This document shows positions 60,201 to 64,000 of a stretch of 64,000 bases of DNA, in pieces. Source of the stretch: Vulcanimicrobiales bacterium (lineage in GTDB: Bacteria > Vulcanimicrobiota > Vulcanimicrobiia > Vulcanimicrobiales > Vulcanimicrobiaceae); contig JBBQQR010000002.1 of assembly GCA_038215615.1 (NCBI GenBank), forward strand, positions 1 through 64,000. Reading direction: 5' to 3'. A program made the position numbers and the translations under genes. Under the pieces are notes generated by a model. The model had not been told where the DNA came from. It was given only the letters and a program-made list of their open reading frames with translations, and searched no databases. Within the stretch, counting starts at the first letter, position 1, and every line of letters begins with the position of its first letter.

Positions 60201-62735
60201 TTGTCAACCGAGATCCTCATATCGAGCGATCCCTGGGAAAACCGGGTCGCAATCCTCGAGGACAAGGTCCTCGCTGAACTCTACATCGAGCGTGAAGAAA
60301 AAGTCATCGGCTCGATCTTCAAAGGAAAAGTCCAAAACGTTCTGCCCGGAATGGGCGCGAGTTTTGTCGACATCGGACTGGGACGCAACGCGTTTCTTTA
60401 CGTAGACGACATCAATAAAACGCCGCTGAATATCGGCGACGTTGAAATCACGCAAGGGCGCAGCGGCTGGACGATCGGCGAAAAAGTCAACCGCGGCGAC
60501 GACGTGCTGGTCCAAATCGTCAAGGAACCGCGCGGCCTCAAAGGCGCGCGCATCAGCACCAACATCTCGCTGCCCGGGCGCTACCTGATTCTGATGCCGA
60601 CCGGCAAGTACAGCGGCGTCTCGCGCAAGATCGATACGGCCGAAGAACGCAACCGCCTCAAGGCCGTCATGAAGCGCATCCGCCCCGAGGGTATGGCGAC
60701 CGTGGTGCGGACGGCCGCGGCCGGCGTGAGCGAAGCCGAATTGATCGCCGATCTGGGCGTGCTCATTCGCATGTGGCACGGCATCCTGGAAATGTACAAG
60801 CGCGCTGCCTCCCCCGCTCTGCTGCACAAAGACATGAACCTCGTTTACAAAGCCGCCCGCGATTTCGTGAGCGCCGATGTCGACAAAGTCTTGATCGACA
60901 ACGAGGAAGAGTACCGCAAGGTCTGCAGCTTCTTGCAACTGCTCGGCCCGCAATATCTCGACCGTGTCGCGTATTATCCGGGCGGCTCGTCGCTCTTTGC
61001 CGACTACAAAATCGACGAAGAGATCCAGCGGCTGATGAAGCCGAAGATCAATCTGCCCTCGGGCGGCTCGATCGTGATCGAAACGACCGAGGCGCTCACC
61101 GTGATCGATGTCAACTCGGGAAAATTCACGGGCGGTAAGAATCTGGAAGATACGATCGTCAAGACCAACATTGAGGCCGCGGCGGAGATCGCGCGCCAAG
61201 TGCGTCTGCGCGACATCGGCGGCATCATTGTCTGCGATTTCATCGACATGAGCTCCGAGGCCGCGCGCAACAAAGTCGTCGGCGTTCTCGAAGAAGGACT
61301 GCGCCGCGACCGTACGCGTGCCACCATTCAGTCGTTCAGCAACCTGGGACTCTTAGAATTTACGCGCAAGCGCGTCGGCAAAGATCTCTCGGCGCAGCTG
61401 CGCGGAGCGTGTCCGGATTGCAGCGGCTTGGGAACGGTGCTTTCCTCACAGTCGGTCGCGATCGAAACGCTGCGCAAACTGCGCTCGCAGCCGCTCAACG
61501 GAAAGCTGCTGCTGGTCGAAAGTTCGCCCGGCGTCGCGGCCCAGCTCGAATTCTGGTACGAAGACGAAACCCGCAAACTCGCCGAACAGCTCGAAGCGAC
61601 GATCCACGTCCGGATCGATCCGCTGTTGCACCCGGAAAAAACCCGTATCCGCAGCGTTACCGAAGTTCCGCCGGATGCCGCCGTTCGCGTCGGGGACGAA
61701 CGCGAAGTGGAATTGCTTCCCGGCCGTCTCCCCAATCCGACGTCAGCCGCTGCCGTTATCGGCACGCGTCTCGTCGAAGTGGAAAACGGCGCGAACATGG
61801 CCGGTCAAAGCGCGCGCATTAAAGTTATCGACGTCGAAGATGACAAAGCGCTGGCGGAACTCGCGGTCGCAGCGCCGGGTGAAAAAAAGAAACGGCGCCG
61901 CCGCCGTCCGGGCAAAGCGCTCACGCCTGCCGAGCAAGCCGAGCAGCTGCGCGAGCTGGCCGAAGAAGCCGCCAAACAGTCGTCGGCGCGTCCGCCGATC
62001 GGCATTACGACCGTTACCGAGGAAGAGGAACGCGAAGACAAAGCGATCGTCGCCGAGACGAAAGCCGAGCGCGCTCCCGAAGCAATTCTGATCGGCGAAG
62101 GCGCCGAGGTCCACGAAGGCGGACGCCACCGCCGCCGCGGGCGCCGCCGCCGCGGACGGGGCGGCCACGGTGCCGCCACCGGTAATGGCCAGCCCATCGC
62201 GCCTGCCGCCGGGATTCCACCGCCGAGTGTCGAGATTCAACCCCAGGTTCCGGCCCATCGCCAACCGTCAGGTCCGCCGCCGGTCGACGGCGACCCGCTG
62301 CGCCGCCGCCGTCGCCGCCGCCGTGGCGGCCGGGGACGCGGCGAGGGAGCCGGTCCAGGCGCCGTGCCGATGCAGCCCGGGCAGCCGAGGCCGCCTGCGC
62401 CGCCGCCGCCCGTTCCAGAGCGCCACGTTTTCCGAGTCGCACGCGACGGCCGGGCAGAACCGACCGGAGTAACGGCGCCGCCGCAGCCTATTCGCGCGAT
62501 TGCACCCTGGAACCGCAAGCTTCAGCCGCCTGCGGTGGAAGCTCCGGCGCCCGCTTTACACGTGCCCGAAGAACCGGCGAAGCCGACGAAACCCGCCCGG
62601 CGCCGCCGCGCGCCAAAAGCGGAGCCCGTCGCCGCACTGCCCGCTGCGCCGGACGAAGCAAAACCGAAGAAGACGACGCGTGCGCGTAAGACCACTGCCG
62701 TAAAGAGCACGGCACGCAAAAAGAAATCGACTTAG
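60201..62735 (+). CDS. rne: Ribonuclease E/G family with Arg/Pro-rich disordered C-terminus
   Basis: GSIFKGKV, QIVKEP, ISLPGRY, TEALTVIDVNSG, LRDIGGIIVCDFIDM, CPDC zinc link. Confidence 0.95.
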   Translation: MSTEILISSDPWENRVAILEDKVLAELYIEREEKVIGSIFKGKVQNVLPGMGASFVDIGLGRNAFLYVDDINKTPLNIGDVEITQGRSGWTIGEKVNRGDDVLVQIVKEPRGLKGARISTNISLPGRYLILMPTGKYSGVSRKIDTAEERNRLKAVMKRIRPEGMATVVRTAAAGVSEAELIADLGVLIRMWHGILEMYKRAASPALLHKDMNLVYKAARDFVSADVDKVLIDNEEEYRKVCSFLQLLGPQYLDRVAYYPGGSSLFADYKIDEEIQRLMKPKINLPSGGSIVIETTEALTVIDVNSGKFTGGKNLEDTIVKTNIEAAAEIARQVRLRDIGGIIVCDFIDMSSEAARNKVVGVLEEGLRRDRTRATIQSFSNLGLLEFTRKRVGKDLSAQLRGACPDCSGLGTVLSSQSVAIETLRKLRSQPLNGKLLLVESSPGVAAQLEFWYEDETRKLAEQLEATIHVRIDPLLHPEKTRIRSVTEVPPDAAVRVGDEREVELLPGRLPNPTSAAAVIGTRLVEVENGANMAGQSARIKVIDVEDDKALAELAVAAPGEKKKRRRRRPGKALTPAEQAEQLRELAEEAAKQSSARPPIGITTVTEEEEREDKAIVAETKAERAPEAILIGEGAEVHEGGRHRRRGRRRRGRGGHGAATGNGQPIAPAAGIPPPSVEIQPQVPAHRQPSGPPPVDGDPLRRRRRRRRGGRGRGEGAGPGAVPMQPGQPRPPAPPPPVPERHVFRVARDGRAEPTGVTAPPQPIRAIAPWNRKLQPPAVEAPAPALHVPEEPAKPTKPARRRRAPKAEPVAALPAAPDEAKPKKTTRARKTTAVKSTARKKKST

Positions 62736-63358
62736 CGCACGTCTTCGTCGACTACGACGGAACCGTAACCGACCTCGACACGTTTGACGTGCTCGTGCAG
62801 CATTATGCCGGGCCGGACGAATGGGCGCGTTACGAAGAGCACCTTCAAGCCGGCTCGATGTCTCTGCGGGATACGTTGGCGTCGCAGGCACGCTTTGTGC
62901 GCGGAACGCTGGACGAAGCCGACGAGCTGCTGGCGGCGTCGACGCGCGTCGATCCCACCTTCGCCCACTTTTCACAACGATGCGGCTCCCTGGGCGTCGA
63001 CCTTACGATTGTCAGTTCCGGAATCGTGCCGCTGATCGCGCGCGCGTTAGAGCGCAACGGCCTCGCGCACATTCCCATTTTGGCAAACGAGGTTTCGACC
63101 CACGATAGCGGCTGGAGGCTGCACTTCCGCGACGACTCGCTCAACGGGCACGATAAAGCCGCAGCCGTGCGAACAGCTTCGGCTTTCGGAAAAGTCGCCT
63201 ACGTTGGAGATGGATACTCAGACTATGAAGCCGCGCTCGTGGCGGAAGTGCGCTTCGCAAAGCGCGGCCGCAGTCTCGAGCGTTACCTGCGAGACCGCGG
63301 CGTTGCCTTTACTGCGTTTTCGAACTTCGCCGAGGTAGAAGCGGCGCTATTTGATTAG
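62726..63358 (+). CDS. MtnX-like HAD phosphatase (start probably non-canonical, ATC 62726)
   Basis: HAD motif I FVDYDGT lies upstream of the first canonical start (GTG 62789); IVSSG, K, GDGYSD, FAK. Confidence 0.82.
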   Translation: MDLAHVFVDYDGTVTDLDTFDVLVQHYAGPDEWARYEEHLQAGSMSLRDTLASQARFVRGTLDEADELLAASTRVDPTFAHFSQRCGSLGVDLTIVSSGIVPLIARALERNGLAHIPILANEVSTHDSGWRLHFRDDSLNGHDKAAAVRTASAFGKVAYVGDGYSDYEAALVAEVRFAKRGRSLERYLRDRGVAFTAFSNFAEVEAALFD

Positions 63359-64000
63359 CCGCCGCTCGCACGTGCGATGCGGTCGTTGAGGAACTGGACC
63401 GCCCGGCCGAGTTGTGCATCGCGCGCCGGATCGCCGAACCGGAAGCCGGCTCCCTTGTTTTCGATCACTTGAATGTCGGGCGTGATGCCTACCAGGTTGA
63501 TGTCGCGGTTGTGCGGCGTTAAGTAGCGCGCGTCGGTGATTTTGATAGCCGAGCCGTCCGGAAGCGCGACGATCTCTTGCACGACGCCCTTTCCGAAAGT
63601 TTTCGTGCCGATGATGGTGCCTACGCCGCTGTCTTGAATCGCGGCCGTCGTGATCTCAGATGCCGACGCCGTATGGTCGTTCACCAGAACCGCTAGCGGA
63701 ACGGGCGGGATGGCCGTATCTTCGGCCTCATACGTCGTGACGTTTGACGCGCGCGACTCGACCGACACGATCGGTCCGCTCGCGATGAACTTCGAGCTCA
63801 CCGAAATTGCGGCATCCAGATACCCGCCGCCGTTATCGCGCAGGTCGAGCACCAGCGCGCGCGCACCCTGTTGCTGCAAACGGTCCAATGCCTGCTGCAG
63901 TTCGGCGCCGGTATTTTGTCCGAAGACGGTCAGCTCGACGTATCCGATTTTGCCGGGCAGCATTTTTTCGTAGACGGAAAGCTCTCGAATCGTGGCGCGC
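63355..64000 (-). CDS. ctpA: S41 C-terminal processing protease (5' end outside the window)
   Basis: DLRDNGGG, TASASEI, TFGKGVVQ, GITPD. Confidence 0.92.
   Translation of the reverse strand, partial: RATIRELSVYEKMLPGKIGYVELTVFGQNTGAELQQALDRLQQQGARALVLDLRDNGGGYLDAAISVSSKFIASGPIVSVESRASNVTTYEAEDTAIPPVPLAVLVNDHTASASEITTAAIQDSGVGTIIGTKTFGKGVVQEIVALPDGSAIKITDARYLTPHNRDINLVGITPDIQVIENKGAGFRFGDPARDAQLGRAVQFLNDRIARASGG

Noticed and set aside
61880..62345. CGC-rich tandem repeats
   Set aside because: They encode the Arg-rich RNA-binding tracts usual in RNase E disordered tails; not an array.

Overview
This is the replication-origin region of a high-GC diderm bacterium. Gene content and protein style suggest a Terrabacteria lineage such as Ca. 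Eremiobacterota/Vulcanimicrobiota (WPS-2); that assignment is an inference. Gene order: dnaA-oriC-dnaN-(phosphoesterase lipoprotein)-recF-dciA-gyrB (1-nt frameshift). Directly after comes a ~24 kb outer-membrane/lipid A cluster: tamB-bamA-3x ompH-lpxD-lpxC-fabZ-lpxA-lpxB-metallophosphoesterase-lpxB-like GT-O-antigen ligase-lptC-lptB-lptF/G-DUF3084-ruvX-like-beta-barrel-TPR-GT4. The rest holds recQ, dnaX-ybaB-recR, a cyclase-STAND-TPR protein, a MoxR/DUF58/RDD/SpoIIM cluster, an M48 peptidase, minC-minD-minD-minE, a 3-gene islet, rodA, RNase E/G, an MtnX-like HAD phosphatase and a partial S41 protease. I recognised no rRNA, tRNA, CRISPR array or transposase. Most notable observations: (1) a cytoplasmic UshA-like metallophosphoesterase with an LpxH-type GNR motif, a candidate for the missing lipid A step, next to a second LpxB-like transferase; (2) a Min operon with two diverged MinD paralogues behind a cluster of DnaA-box-like sites; (3) three genes that appear to need non-canonical start codons (ATT, CTG, ATC); (4) a hidden 37-aa ORF that duplicates the Tat-like leader of the next gene; (5) a short palindromic repeat found both between genes and in-frame inside a protein.
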